Made by a program: the position numbers and the translations under genes
The notes under the pieces: model-generated
What the model saw: the letters and a program-made list of their open reading frames with translations, nothing else
Databases searched by the model: none
Told to the model about the DNA's origin: nothing
From: an uncultured Eubacteriales bacterium
GTDB lineage: Bacteria > Bacillota > Clostridia > Christensenellales > UBA1242
Assembly (NCBI GenBank): GCA_949283525.1
Contig: CASDSK010000038.1
Coordinates: 1-64,000, forward strand
Reading direction: 5' to 3'
DNA: 64,000 bases
Part shown: positions 20,997 to 31,670 of the stretch, piece by piece
How positions within the stretch are numbered: position 1 is the stretch's first letter
Layout of the letters: every line of letters begins with the position of its first letter

Positions 20997-21418
20997 AAAC
21001 CCACCACTTCTATTTTACGTTCTTGTGAAGATATTTTTGTTATATTAATTTTAATTGTTTCACTAGGCAACAAATCTTCAGCAATTTTAGACCATTCTAT
21101 AATACAAATATTATCTTGTGAATTAAAAATATCTTCAAATCCTAAAACATATAGTTCCTCTATATCAACTAATCTATATAAGTCAAAATGATAAAATTTA
21201 GTGCCATTAGGACAATCATAACAATTAACAAGATTAAAAGTTGGGCTTGTTATTGTTTGTAAAATACCTAAACCATTAGCTAAACCTTTAGTTAAAACAG
21301 TCTTACCTGCCCCTAAATCACCATTTATTTCGATGACATCACCTTTTTTAAGTAATTTTGATAAATTAAATGCAATTTCTTTCGTTTCATTATCGCTATG
21401 AGATATAAATTCTTTCAT
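20993..21418 (-). CDS. tsaE: tRNA threonylcarbamoyladenosine biosynthesis ATPase TsaE.
   Basis: GDLGAGKT P-loop in a protein of about 140 aa upstream of tsaB. Confidence 0.8.
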   Translation of the reverse strand: MKEFISHSDNETKEIAFNLSKLLKKGDVIEINGDLGAGKTVLTKGLANGLGILQTITSPTFNLVNCYDCPNGTKFYHFDLYRLVDIEELYVLGFEDIFNSQDNICIIEWSKIAEDLLPSETIKINITKISSQERKIEVVGL

Positions 21419-21502
21419 AAATAAATTTTAGCAAATATTTAACTAATTTGTCAATTATAAAAACAAAATAATAGTCAATAATACTAAAAAAGGATTAATA
21501 AA

Positions 21503-22282
21503 ATGAAAAATTTAGCATTTGCGATTGATGAAATATTTAAATTAATTTTAATATTTTTTATTTCATTAGTGTTTTTTAGAGCAACATCTTTAACATTTAC
21601 GTTGTGCATTATACTATCTAGTTTAGTAACTTTTATTATTTGTATTTTATTATATTTTTTTAAAACAAAAAGACTATCAAAAAAACAACTAAAATTAAGT
21701 CAAATTAAAGCAATTGAAAATCTAATAGACCAATTTTCATATGCAAGTAAAACAGAAATTGATAACTATTTTATAAAACTTTTTGGAGCTAAAAAAAATT
21801 ATAAAAAAGAATTAATCATTGATGATAATAAAATTATAATTTTGTATAATTTTAATAAAGAAAATCTTGAAGTAAATGATATCAAAACTTATTATAAAGA
21901 AAACAAAAATAGACATATAAACAAAATTATTATAATTTGTAATAATTATTCTAATAATTGTATAAATTTAATTCAAAATTTTAAAGCAATTCAATATGAA
22001 ATTATAAATATGGCTGACTTATATATACGTTTTATTGAACCCAACAAAAATTATCCTAATTTTAAAATTGAAAAACTACCTAAAGAAAAATTAAATTTTG
22101 TTAAATTTAAAGAATATGCATTCAAAAAGAACAAAGCAAAAACGTATTTTTTTTGTGGCATAATTTTAATGTTTTCAAGTTATTTTGTTCCATTAAAAAT
22201 TTACTATTTAATATTCTCTGGTTTAATGTTTGTTTCAGCACTACTATGTTTGATTCTAAATAACAAAAAAATCAACTACTAA
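21503..22282 (+). CDS. Uncharacterised membrane protein: 2 N-terminal TM helices, a cytoplasmic domain of about 130 aa, and 2 C-terminal TM helices.
   Basis: Hydrophobicity pattern only. No recognisable catalytic motif. Confidence 0.4.
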   Translation: MKNLAFAIDEIFKLILIFFISLVFFRATSLTFTLCIILSSLVTFIICILLYFFKTKRLSKKQLKLSQIKAIENLIDQFSYASKTEIDNYFIKLFGAKKNYKKELIIDDNKIIILYNFNKENLEVNDIKTYYKENKNRHINKIIIICNNYSNNCINLIQNFKAIQYEIINMADLYIRFIEPNKNYPNFKIEKLPKEKLNFVKFKEYAFKKNKAKTYFFCGIILMFSSYFVPLKIYYLIFSGLMFVSALLCLILNNKKINY

Positions 22283-22305
22283 ATAAATTCAATAGTTGAT
22301 TTTTT
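22265..22305. terminator. Bidirectional terminator between the membrane-protein gene and spoVG.
   Basis: A-run, an 8-bp atcaacta/tagttgat stem, then T5. Overlaps the stop codon of the plus-strand gene. Confidence 0.45.
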
Positions 22306-22347
22306 CTTTTTCTCTTTATTAGAGATAAGTTGCGATATACTATATAT

Positions 22348-22632
22348 TCACTTATTTTCAGACTCTACAAGAGCTTGTTCGTAAGCAGTAAAAATTGCAC
22401 TTGTAATTTTTTCTCTTGTTTCATTATTCAAGGCATGCACTACATCAACTCTTTCGCCTGTAATTAACCTCTTGCTTGGCATGCAAATGAATAATCCACC
22501 TTTGCCGTCCATAACTCTCACATCGTGAACAACAAAGCAGTCATCAATTGTGAATGTCGCCACAGCTCTCAAAGGCTGATCGGGTCTATCAACAACTTTT
22601 AATCTGACTTTCGTAATATTCATTTCTACCAT
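22348..22632 (-). CDS. spoVG: Septation/regulatory protein SpoVG.
   Basis: SpoVG blocks: RLVKV.., DGRGGLFICMPSKR, REKI..A.. ; 94 aa. Confidence 0.85.
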   Translation of the reverse strand: MVEMNITKVRLKVVDRPDQPLRAVATFTIDDCFVVHDVRVMDGKGGLFICMPSKRLITGERVDVVHALNNETREKITSAIFTAYEQALVESENK

Positions 22633-22823
22633 CCTTTTTTTTGTTTGAGAGTCCTAAATATAATACTATAAATAACAAAAAAACACAAACAAAAAACTTT
22701 ATTTTTAATAATTTTTTTTTATTTTTTTAAACTTAAGTATAATATTATTTATAAGTTTTACCAATATTTACCAATTTAAACATATTTTACAAGCAAATTA
22801 TTTTTTTTGGCATATATAATATT

Positions 22824-24170
22824 ATGATAAAAAATAAAATTATACATTTCATTGGCATTGGTGGAATAAGTATGAGTGGCTTAGCACAATATCTCAGCAA
22901 ATATAATAATGTTCAAGGTAGCGATATTAAATATAGTGAAGAAACAAAAAAATTAGAAAATTTAGGGGTAAAAATATTTATTGGCCACGACAAAAATAAT
23001 CTACAAAATATAGATTTATGTGTTTATAATAGTGCCATTAGTGTAAGCAATGAAGAATTAATTTTTGCAAAAAAAAATAAAATCCCCTTGCTAGAACGCA
23101 ACCAACTATTGGCACAAATTTGCAATGATTTTACAAATGTAATTGCCATTTCTGGCACTCACGGAAAGACAACAACTACAGCAATGCTTTCAAAAATATT
23201 TATAGACAGTGAGTACTCACCTACTGTTCATTTAGGTGGTTTTTATAAATACATTGGTGGTAATTTTTTGGCTGGTAAAAAAGATTTTTTTATCACAGAG
23301 GCTTGTGAATATAAAAGAAATTTCTTAACTTTATTTCCAAATTTTACAATAATTAATAATGTAGAACTTGACCATACAGACTGTTATAAAAATTTACAAG
23401 AACTTTATGAAACATTTTTACAACTAATACAGCAAACAAAAAATAAAGTTTTTGTATTTGATGATGATAAATTCATAAAACGCATCAAAAATTATTCAAA
23501 TATTATAACCTATGGTTTTAAAAAAAATTTAAACTATTGTGCTTATAATATAAGAAAAAATAATGATTATTATATATTTGACGTACTCAATGATAAAAAA
23601 TATTTAACAACTATAAAACTAAACATAACCGGCAAATACAATATTATTAATGCTTTAGCGTGTATAAGTGTATGCCACTACTTAAATATTCCTTTGTCAA
23701 AAATTAAGTCATCTCTGGAATCATTTGAAAATGTTGATAGACGTTTTGAATTCTTAGAAAAAATTAATAATTCATATATTTATAGAGATTACGCACACCA
23801 CCCTACCGAAATTAAAAACTTACTTTCTTCTTGTAAAGAACTAAAATTTAAAAATACAATTGTGTATTTTCAACCACATACTTATTCGCGTACCATTGGT
23901 TTATTTTATGAATTTTTACATTGTTTTCAAGATTGTGATAAATTGTACTTATTGCCAACTTATAAAGCAAGAGAAACTGAAATTATAGGTGGCAGAAGTG
24001 AAGATTTATTTAATGAACTCGCTAAAATCAAAAAGAATGTTTATTTTATCAATGATTTTGAAAGTTGTAAATCTTCTATTATTAATAATAGTTATGAAAA
24101 AAATTTAATCTTATTAGTAGGTGCTGGTGATATAGGTGAATTATTCAATAAAAAAACTAGTATAAAATAG
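22824..24170 (+). CDS. murC: UDP-N-acetylmuramate--L-alanine ligase.
   Basis: IHFIGIGGISMSGLA N-terminus, GTHGKTTTT P-loop and Mur ligase domains. Confidence 0.85.
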   Translation: MIKNKIIHFIGIGGISMSGLAQYLSKYNNVQGSDIKYSEETKKLENLGVKIFIGHDKNNLQNIDLCVYNSAISVSNEELIFAKKNKIPLLERNQLLAQICNDFTNVIAISGTHGKTTTTAMLSKIFIDSEYSPTVHLGGFYKYIGGNFLAGKKDFFITEACEYKRNFLTLFPNFTIINNVELDHTDCYKNLQELYETFLQLIQQTKNKVFVFDDDKFIKRIKNYSNIITYGFKKNLNYCAYNIRKNNDYYIFDVLNDKKYLTTIKLNITGKYNIINALACISVCHYLNIPLSKIKSSLESFENVDRRFEFLEKINNSYIYRDYAHHPTEIKNLLSSCKELKFKNTIVYFQPHTYSRTIGLFYEFLHCFQDCDKLYLLPTYKARETEIIGGRSEDLFNELAKIKKNVYFINDFESCKSSIINNSYEKNLILLVGAGDIGELFNKKTSIK

Positions 24171-24226
24171 TGTATTTTTACACTTTCTTTAACCATACTA
24201 GTTTTTTTTTATTTTTTAATCAAATA

Positions 24227-25708
24227 TTATCTTACTTGTGGAAAGAAAATAACATCTCTTAATGTAGGTTGGTTAGCAAGCATAGCAACAAACCTATCAA
24301 TTCCAAATCCAAGCCCACTCATTGGTGGCATACCATGTTCCATAGCAAGAATGAAGTTTTCATCAATTTCAAAGCTTTCTTCATCACCTGCACTTTTATT
24401 TCTAGCCTGTTCTTCAAAAGCTTGCCTTTGAGTTATAGGGTTAACAAGTTCTGAATAAGCTTTAACGACTTCTGCCCCATTAACTACAATTTGGAACATA
24501 TCTATAATTCTATCATCTTTGTCATTATGTCTTGCTAAAGGTATTAAGAATGTTGGATAGTTACTAACAACTGTTGGTTGTATCAAAGATGGTCTAATTG
24601 TTTTTTTGAAAGCATAATCAACTGCTGCAGGAATAGAAGTTAATGCCTTAACTTCTCCAGCATCAAACCTATTTAAACTCAAAAGATGCTTTTTAAAATC
24701 TTCAACATTCTCAATTGATAATATGTCGTAGTTAATTTCTTTACTTAATTCATTTGTATAATCTAATTCATAGAACTTAGAGAAATCTATGTCAGTCCCT
24801 AAATAATTCATTTTTAAGTCACCTTTAATTTCTAAAACAAGTCCTTGAATTAATTTTTTAACAAACTCAAGATTATCTTTGTAGTCCCAATATGAAGCGT
24901 ACCATTCTAACATTGTAAATTCTTGCAAATGCATTGCGTCCATACCTTCATTTCTAAAGTTTTTACCTAATTCATACACTCTATCAAACCCACAAGCGAT
25001 AACTTGCTTCAAAAACAACTCAGGGGCAATTCTAAGAAAATAATCTTTATTAAGTGCGTTGTGATGCGTCATAAAAGGTGCTGCTGCTGCACCACTAGCA
25101 ACATTTTGTAGAATTGGAGTTTCAACTTCGGTAAAATCACCTTGCTCTAAAAATTTTCTTATATACTTAATTGCTTTAAGTCTAGTCTTTATGGCGTTTC
25201 TAGAATCTTCATTAGCAATTAAATCAAGATAACGTTGTCTAAATTTTTTATCAGCATCTGTTAAGCCGTGCCATTTTTCTGGTAAAGGCCTTAATGCCTT
25301 ACTTAAAATCACATAATTTCTTACTCTTACGGTTAACTCGCCCTTATGTGTATTGTATAATTCCCCTTCTATTCCAACATAATCAGCAACATCAACATTA
25401 TTTTTAAAAAATTCAAAAGTGTCTGGGCACTCATTCAAAGAGATGCTAAATTGTATTTGTGCATCCACATCATATAATTTAGCAAAAATTAATTTCCCAA
25501 AGCCTCTTAATGCAGTTATTCTACCACAAAGTTTTACTTTTGTGTCTAATGGTAATTCTCTTGCATTTAAAATGGTATGAGTGCGTTCAAACTTATCTTT
25601 ATAAACTACTCCATCTCGTTCTTTAATTCTCTTAAACTTTTCTAATCTAATTTCATATTCATTGCTGGCATCAATATTATTGTCCACAATATTATTATCC
25701 ATATTCAT
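24227..25708 (-). CDS. lysS: Lysine--tRNA ligase, class II.
   Basis: OB anticodon-binding domain plus class II motifs, including GLGFGIDRFVAMLANQPTLRDVIFFP. Confidence 0.95.
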   Translation of the reverse strand: MNMDNNIVDNNIDASNEYEIRLEKFKRIKERDGVVYKDKFERTHTILNARELPLDTKVKLCGRITALRGFGKLIFAKLYDVDAQIQFSISLNECPDTFEFFKNNVDVADYVGIEGELYNTHKGELTVRVRNYVILSKALRPLPEKWHGLTDADKKFRQRYLDLIANEDSRNAIKTRLKAIKYIRKFLEQGDFTEVETPILQNVASGAAAAPFMTHHNALNKDYFLRIAPELFLKQVIACGFDRVYELGKNFRNEGMDAMHLQEFTMLEWYASYWDYKDNLEFVKKLIQGLVLEIKGDLKMNYLGTDIDFSKFYELDYTNELSKEINYDILSIENVEDFKKHLLSLNRFDAGEVKALTSIPAAVDYAFKKTIRPSLIQPTVVSNYPTFLIPLARHNDKDDRIIDMFQIVVNGAEVVKAYSELVNPITQRQAFEEQARNKSAGDEESFEIDENFILAMEHGMPPMSGLGFGIDRFVAMLANQPTLRDVIFFPQVR

Positions 25709-25770
25709 TCTCCTTATCGTACATAAATATTATATAAAAATTTTATCAAATAATCAAGTGCTTTATAAAA

Positions 25771-27021
25771 TTATTTACTAATTAAGCTTTCTTTACTAAA
25801 AGTTTTCATTGTTATGACTATTGATAATAGTGCATAAATAATATTAATTATTAACGCACCCCAAAGGTATACATAATTCATAACTCCGGCTAATAATAAT
25901 TTTACACTTATAACTACATTATAAATTGGTAAGCACATAGTCCATAATGAAACATCATTAACATCTAAGTACATAGTCGCAATAGCAATTATCATTGGTA
26001 AAAACATAATGATTGAGGATTTGCTTTGAGCCTCTTTTAAAGTATTACTTGTACTGGTTAAAATTAATAATAAGCCACTAAATAATGCAGCAAGCATTAA
26101 TAAATTCAAAAATACTAAGATAATTCCAGAAACAGGTAATGATAATGAAGATAAAATACTTGTAGCAAAAACATCTTTAGTTACTAACATAGATATTATA
26201 ATAGATAAAATTTCAGCAATTGCACTAATAAAACTAAAAATAATAATAACCGTATATTTTGCAGACAAAATACTAAAACGACTCGCACTTGTAGATAACA
26301 AAGGCTCAAAAGTATTTCTTTCTTTCTCCCCTGCTACTAAATCTGTTGCAATCGACGCCCCACCCACAGAAATTAGCATTGTTAATAACATTGGGATAAT
26401 TAATTGTAGCATAGCGCTATCTGTACCATATCTACCAATATCTCCATACGCTTGCGAAATTGATAAAACATTATTTGTTATAGGGTTCATAGCAATATTT
26501 GGGTCTAAATCTTCAATCCTATCAGCCAATAGTACATCGCTATAAACATTAATTATTTCTGCCACTACGCTCGCCGATGCACTTCCACTTGTTGAACGCT
26601 CATCATATACAATATTTATATTTACATTTTTTGTGACATCTGAAACATCTATAATAAAATCATTATCTATTACTAATGCAAGATAAATATCTCCATTCAT
26701 TAATGAATCTAGGAAATTTTCACAACTTAAAAATTCCACTTTTATATCTTGACTAATAGAAAATATGTTGTTCAAAATGTAATCGTATTCTTCAGAATCA
26801 GTAGCAATACTACTTTTGCTCTCACCTTGAACAATAGTTAATTTAGGGTTGATTGCTTTATCATTAATACTTTCACTACTAACTCCTATTATTAGAAAAA
26901 ATATTGGAAAGAGAATTAATGGTAAAATAAAAGTAGCAAAAATGCTTTTTTTATCTCTAAAAGCATCTTTTAGTTCTTTTTTTAATACGCAAGCGTATTG
27001 TTGAAACATTTTGTTCTTCAT
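25771..27021 (-). CDS. ABC-2 family permease (NatB-like).
   Basis: Single N-terminal TM, large extracytoplasmic domain and a C-terminal 5-TM bundle. Lies downstream of the ATPase. Confidence 0.6.
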   Translation of the reverse strand: MKNKMFQQYACVLKKELKDAFRDKKSIFATFILPLILFPIFFLIIGVSSESINDKAINPKLTIVQGESKSSIATDSEEYDYILNNIFSISQDIKVEFLSCENFLDSLMNGDIYLALVIDNDFIIDVSDVTKNVNINIVYDERSTSGSASASVVAEIINVYSDVLLADRIEDLDPNIAMNPITNNVLSISQAYGDIGRYGTDSAMLQLIIPMLLTMLISVGGASIATDLVAGEKERNTFEPLLSTSASRFSILSAKYTVIIIFSFISAIAEILSIIISMLVTKDVFATSILSSLSLPVSGIILVFLNLLMLAALFSGLLLILTSTSNTLKEAQSKSSIIMFLPMIIAIATMYLDVNDVSLWTMCLPIYNVVISVKLLLAGVMNYVYLWGALIINIIYALLSIVITMKTFSKESLISK

Positions 27022-27776
27022 ATGATTAAGTCCTTTTGTATTAATTTTATAAATGCTTCCTTAATGCTTGAAGTATTAGTCATTTTTAACACTTGCTGTT
27101 GTGTTCCTTCACATAATGTTTTGCCGTGGTCAATGATTAATAGCCTATCGCACAATTCTTCTACTTCTTGCATATTGTGAGAAGATAAAAGTATAGTTTT
27201 GCCCATTTTTTTGCACTGCTTAATAAAGTTTAAAACTTCTTCACTGGCTAAAATGTCTAAACCTGAAGTAGGTTCATCAAATAACATAACCTGTGGATTG
27301 TGTACAATGGCTCTAGCAAAAGAGGTTTTCTGTTTCATACCTCTAGAGAAAGTCCCACATCTTCTATCTAGATAATTATCTAGACCAAAAACTTTGGATA
27401 AATAATCAATTTGTTTATTAATTGCATCATCACTTAAACCATTAAGTTTACCAAAATAAGCAATATTTTCTCTAGCAGTTAATCTATCATATAATCCTGT
27501 ATCTCCACCATAAAGCACTCCTATACATCTTCTTACTTCATAGTCATTTTTTACGGCATCAAAACCACAAACATTTATTTGTCCGGAAGTTGGTTTAAGT
27601 GTAGTAGCAATCATACGCATAGTTGTAGTTTTACCTGCCCCATTTGTACCTATTAATCCAAAAATTTCACCTGATTTAATTTCGAAAGATAAATTATCAA
27701 CTGATATTATTTCTTTGTTATTTTTTGTAAATTTTTTTGTAACATTATTCAATGTTAACATATTCATCTCCTTCAT
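27018..27776 (-). CDS. ABC transporter ATP-binding protein (NatA-like).
   Basis: Walker A GTNGAGKTT, signature FSRGMKQK, Walker B MLFDEP. Confidence 0.85.
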   Translation of the reverse strand: MKEMNMLTLNNVTKKFTKNNKEIISVDNLSFEIKSGEIFGLIGTNGAGKTTTMRMIATTLKPTSGQINVCGFDAVKNDYEVRRCIGVLYGGDTGLYDRLTARENIAYFGKLNGLSDDAINKQIDYLSKVFGLDNYLDRRCGTFSRGMKQKTSFARAIVHNPQVMLFDEPTSGLDILASEEVLNFIKQCKKMGKTILLSSHNMQEVEELCDRLLIIDHGKTLCEGTQQQVLKMTNTSSIKEAFIKLIQKDLII

Positions 27777-28503
27777 TGTTTTTTGTATAATTAGTATATG
27801 AAATTTTTATTTCTCCATCACTTATAAAATCATTTATCTTATTGTTATTTCGTTTGTTGACAATAAATTCATTTATAACTAAATCATTTGCCTTTATACC
27901 AATTTTTGATAATTTTTTATTTAATTTGTCAATTATTTTATCAAAAATTTCATCATTTTTCATTAAAAAATTTTCTATTCTAAATTCTTCTTTATGAAAT
28001 TCATATCTTATTTTTTTCGATACGTAATTATTAATTTTACTCATTATAAAATCATTGCCTTTTAAAAATTTTGTAATAAATTTAGCAAATAAATCAATAT
28101 CTATTATTTCAAAAGTATACACGCCTTTCAACTTGAATTTAAAATCAGCCAAACGGTCAAACAACAAAATGTTTCTTGTAGAATAAGGCATATTATAATA
28201 TTTTTGTAAATTTATAAAAAGTATTGTTCCTTTAAAATTTTTTGGATAATACTGTTTTTTAGAAATTCTACTTTTTTTAGGTTTATCTAAATTACAAATT
28301 TTGTAGGTTTTAGGTATAATTCCCCCTTCTAAAACAAAATTGCCCTCACCAAATCTATCCAATGGTTTGTTTTTAGCAACAACAAAAGCAATTTGATTGG
28401 TATGAACTATAACTTTGGAACTTAGTTTAATATTTTGTATACGGATTTTATCTTGTGTACACTTTCCATCAACAAATAAATTTTCAAATTTTTTTGTAAA
28501 CAT
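27745..28503 (-). CDS. Uncharacterised cytoplasmic protein translationally coupled to the ABC ATPase (32-nt overlap).
   Basis: ORF with no TM helices and no recognisable family motif. Overlaps the downstream ATPase start. Confidence 0.4.
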   Translation of the reverse strand: MFTKKFENLFVDGKCTQDKIRIQNIKLSSKVIVHTNQIAFVVAKNKPLDRFGEGNFVLEGGIIPKTYKICNLDKPKKSRISKKQYYPKNFKGTILFINLQKYYNMPYSTRNILLFDRLADFKFKLKGVYTFEIIDIDLFAKFITKFLKGNDFIMSKINNYVSKKIRYEFHKEEFRIENFLMKNDEIFDKIIDKLNKKLSKIGIKANDLVINEFIVNKRNNNKINDFISDGEIKISYTNYTKNNEGDEYVNIE

Positions 28504-28606
28504 ATTTCATTATAGCATTTTTTTTTATAATATGCAACAAACTAAATACTTCTGTATTTTATTTCATTATCATAAATTCTAAGATGTACTCATAAAATAA
28601 AGTAAA

Positions 28607-29371
28607 ATGGAGGCAAAAATGAATAAACTTTCTAGCATCTTAGGAAAACCCGTAATATCTTTGTATAATGGACAAGTTGAAGGAATAATTTTAAATGCTA
28701 TTTTCGATAAAAAATTAAAAAAATTAAAATATTTAGTCGTTTTAAACGAAGAAATTAATGAAGACATCACAAATGAAAATAAAATACTTGCAACAAAAAA
28801 CATCTATTGTATTGGAGAAGATGCTATAGTTATTAAAAACAATTATTTTTTAGAAAATTTTAGCAATCTAGAGCCAATAATTGAATATATTAATCCAATT
28901 AATTCAGTAACTTACAAAACTAATGGTGAATTCTTAGGCAAAATTGTGGATGTTTCTTTTGATGATAAATTTAATGTAATAGAATGTAACTTAAATAATG
29001 AAAGTTCATTTTTAGTTGAAAAATTAGCTGTTTTAGGTAATGGTGTTGTTATCATTCAAGAAGATGATAAAATACTAGATATTAGTCGGTTTAATGTAAA
29101 AAAACCTAAAATAACTAACACAAATGAACCGGTAAAAATTTTAAGATTAGACGAAAATGAAAATTTACAACTAAATGAAGCACCACCCACTACTCTACCA
29201 ATTAAAGTAACTACATCTGTAGATTTTCTATTAGGTAGAGTAATTACTGAAAATTTGTATAGTCAATCAAAAGAATTAATTGCTAAAAAAGGAGCGACTA
29301 TAACTCTTAAAATTATTGAGAATGCAAGGAAATTTGGAAAAATTAAAGATTTATCAATTTTTTCAGCATAA
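28607..29371 (+). CDS. Tandem PRC-barrel domain protein.
   Basis: Two YlmC/YmxH-like PRC-barrel segments (ILGKPVISLYNGQVEGII... and TNGEFLGKIVDVSFDD...). Confidence 0.45.
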   Translation: MEAKMNKLSSILGKPVISLYNGQVEGIILNAIFDKKLKKLKYLVVLNEEINEDITNENKILATKNIYCIGEDAIVIKNNYFLENFSNLEPIIEYINPINSVTYKTNGEFLGKIVDVSFDDKFNVIECNLNNESSFLVEKLAVLGNGVVIIQEDDKILDISRFNVKKPKITNTNEPVKILRLDENENLQLNEAPPTTLPIKVTTSVDFLLGRVITENLYSQSKELIAKKGATITLKIIENARKFGKIKDLSIFSA

Positions 29372-29397
29372 AAAACTGTTTTAGCAGTTTTTTTTTA
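29372..29397 (+). terminator. Rho-independent terminator.
   Basis: aaactg-ttttag-cagttt hairpin followed by T7. Confidence 0.6.
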
Positions 29398-29479
29398 AAA
29401 AATTTATGTAATTTTATTAAAATTAAATGACAAAAATAATTTTTTATGCTATAATTACTCATAATATAGGAGAAAATTA

Positions 29480-30196
29480 ATGTTTTGGATTGATATAGTA
29501 TTTATTATACTTATCGTTTTATTTGGTTTATGGGGACTAAAACAAGGCTTTCTCGCTTCTATAATTTCATTAGTTGGAATTGCTTTATCTATTGTTTTGG
29601 CTGTTTGGCTTGCCCCACCTTTCACAAGTTTTATAGACGGACTATTCAATAACGCTATTTCGAATATGTTTAGTGATGCAATGAATGGTGTTGTTTCGGG
29701 GTTTGGCAACCTTGACTATACATTAACACAAGCAACAAGTGCTGGCGATTTAATTGCCGGATTTGAAGTAAATGGCATCTTAAAATCATTACTTGATATA
29801 ATGTTAGGTAATGAAATCTTAGTTGAAGGAACTAACGTTTTATCTTGGTTTTCGGTTAAACTAGGTGGTTTATTAACTACATTATGTGGTGCAGTGTTAT
29901 TATTCTTATTAATAAGAATAGCATTAGCGTTACTAAGCAAACTATTTGATAAAATAACTGAAAATAGAGCAATAAATGGTCTTGATAGAGTTTTGGGATT
30001 CTTATTTGGTGCAATTAAAGGTTTAATTTTTGTAGCAGTAATCATAGCAATTCTTAACATTTTATGTGTAGTTCCAGCAATTAATGATTTTGTTACAGAA
30101 TGGTTAGATAAAACTTCTATTTTAAATGATTATGCTAATTGGATATTTGGTCTAATTGATGACTTTACATCTAAATATTCAATATCGTTAACTTAA
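29480..30196 (+). CDS. CvpA (colicin V production) family membrane protein.
   Basis: N-terminal MFWIDIVFIILIV..GLWGLKQGF typical of CvpA. 4 TM helices. Confidence 0.6.
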   Translation: MFWIDIVFIILIVLFGLWGLKQGFLASIISLVGIALSIVLAVWLAPPFTSFIDGLFNNAISNMFSDAMNGVVSGFGNLDYTLTQATSAGDLIAGFEVNGILKSLLDIMLGNEILVEGTNVLSWFSVKLGGLLTTLCGAVLLFLLIRIALALLSKLFDKITENRAINGLDRVLGFLFGAIKGLIFVAVIIAILNILCVVPAINDFVTEWLDKTSILNDYANWIFGLIDDFTSKYSISLT

Positions 30197-30231
30197 ATAA
30201 ATTACACACAAATAGTTAATTATATTAAAAA

Positions 30232-30276
30232 AGAATTACAGTGAGTAACCCGTAGGGTTAAATGTAATTCTTTTTA
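30232..30276 (+). terminator. Rho-independent terminator of the cvpA-like gene.
   Basis: agaattaca...tgtaattct stem with a nested aaccc-gta-gggtt, then a T-run. Confidence 0.6.
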
Positions 30277-30315
30277 TATTTATTTTAAAAATTATAACAT
30301 CCCTTATGTGTTTTG

Positions 30316-30373
30316 TAAAAAAAACTTACAATAATGAAATAATTCTATTCAATTGGCTTTATTATTGTAAGTC
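30316..30373 (-). terminator. Rho-independent terminator of the DivIVA-domain gene.
   Basis: Minus strand: a 12-bp acttacaataat/attattgtaagt stem followed by U8. Confidence 0.6.
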
Positions 30374-30377
30374 ATTT

Positions 30378-31283
30378 TTAATCATCTAAATTGAAACTTT
30401 TCATTATATCCATTAAATCTTCTTTAGGTTGCAGGGCTTCTAACATATCAAAATTATTATCACTAGAATTATCTTGCTTTTTGCTTAAACTTTGTTCTAA
30501 TACGTTTAAATAATTTGATTTTTGGTCGGGAGAAATTTGTGCATCTTTGTGTGTTTCTTTATACTGAAAATTATCAAAATCATCAAATTCACTTTTTAAA
30601 AATTTTTCAAAATCCCCTTCCGTTTCGCTCATGTTTTTTTCGACAAATGAGTTTTTTTTGTTAATTATATCTTTATCTTTTTTTCTATCTATATCAATTC
30701 TTCTAATTGTTTGAACTTCATTATCTACATTTTTATAATTATTTATAGGTTGGTTATTACCCCACATTCTTGATAATAATGTCTTAGCATATATTTTTTC
30801 AGCCGTTTTATTAACGCTACTTGGCATATCTGCTAATTCATTTTGTTTTGATAAAATTTTATTTAATGCATCCTCAAATTCATTGAACAAAATAGAAATA
30901 CCACTCGCTTTATTTATATTAGGGTATAGTGCTTTAATTTCATTCAAAATATTAAACCACTTTTTATACAAAACTTTAACTCTCTTAATTTCTAACTCAT
31001 AGATAGTTTTGGCACTAGTTTCAATTTCTTTAGCAGTTTCAACAGCAACAACTAATGCATTAGAAATTTGGTCATCTTTATTATGATAAGAATCTAATTC
31101 TATTTTGGTTTGCATTAATTCTGCTTTTGTTTGCATTGACTCTTGTTTTAGTTTATCAATTGCTTGTTCATATTGCATTTTTATATTTGCAATATAATCA
31201 TCAACTTCTTGTTTACTATACCCTTTTCTTTCAATATTAAAATTATTCATTTTTTCTCCTTCTAAAATATGTATGCTAAGCAA
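30378..31283 (-). CDS. DivIVA-domain protein. The true start is probably the internal Met at MNNFNIERKGY.
   Basis: N-terminal DivIVA motif F..ERKGYSKQEVDDYI, then a long coiled coil. Confidence 0.7.
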   Translation of the reverse strand: MLSIHILEGEKMNNFNIERKGYSKQEVDDYIANIKMQYEQAIDKLKQESMQTKAELMQTKIELDSYHNKDDQISNALVVAVETAKEIETSAKTIYELEIKRVKVLYKKWFNILNEIKALYPNINKASGISILFNEFEDALNKILSKQNELADMPSSVNKTAEKIYAKTLLSRMWGNNQPINNYKNVDNEVQTIRRIDIDRKKDKDIINKKNSFVEKNMSETEGDFEKFLKSEFDDFDNFQYKETHKDAQISPDQKSNYLNVLEQSLSKKQDNSSDNNFDMLEALQPKEDLMDIMKSFNLDD

Positions 31284-31666
31284 CTTAACCCTATTATAAT
31301 TAATGAATATAGAAATAACTTAAGATAAAGTTTGTTTTTATAACAGAAATATACAACAATAAATCCAATAGAAATGCTTGATACTATTAATGGTAAAATG
31401 TATAAAAACGACAAAACATAAATATCTCTAATCAAAAAAACTACGCTTAATAAAATTAACGTTATGCCTGCAAAAACTGATGAGTCTATTTTAAATAAAA
31501 TTCCTCTTGTTAGGACTAAAATGCCCATTATACAAAGAAAAATTTGAAACCAAAATAACTCTACAAAAGCAAACTGTTCAATCCCACATAAGTTTAAAAT
31601 TAGAAATATTAAATATATTGTTATACAACTTATAAATATTATATTATAAATATTAATTTTTTTCAA
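31262..31666 (-). CDS. Small 4-TM membrane protein.
   Basis: Hydrophobic ORF that overlaps the DivIVA-domain gene start. Confidence 0.35.
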   Translation of the reverse strand: MKKINIYNIIFISCITIYLIFLILNLCGIEQFAFVELFWFQIFLCIMGILVLTRGILFKIDSSVFAGITLILLSVVFLIRDIYVLSFLYILPLIVSSISIGFIVVYFCYKNKLYLKLFLYSLIIIGLSCLAYIF

Positions 31667-31670
31667 GTTT

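Noticed and set aside
25709-25770. A possible T-box leader upstream of lysS.
   Set aside because: Only 62 nt separate lysS from the upstream ABC permease gene, too short for a T-box. lysS is probably co-transcribed or has a minimal promoter.
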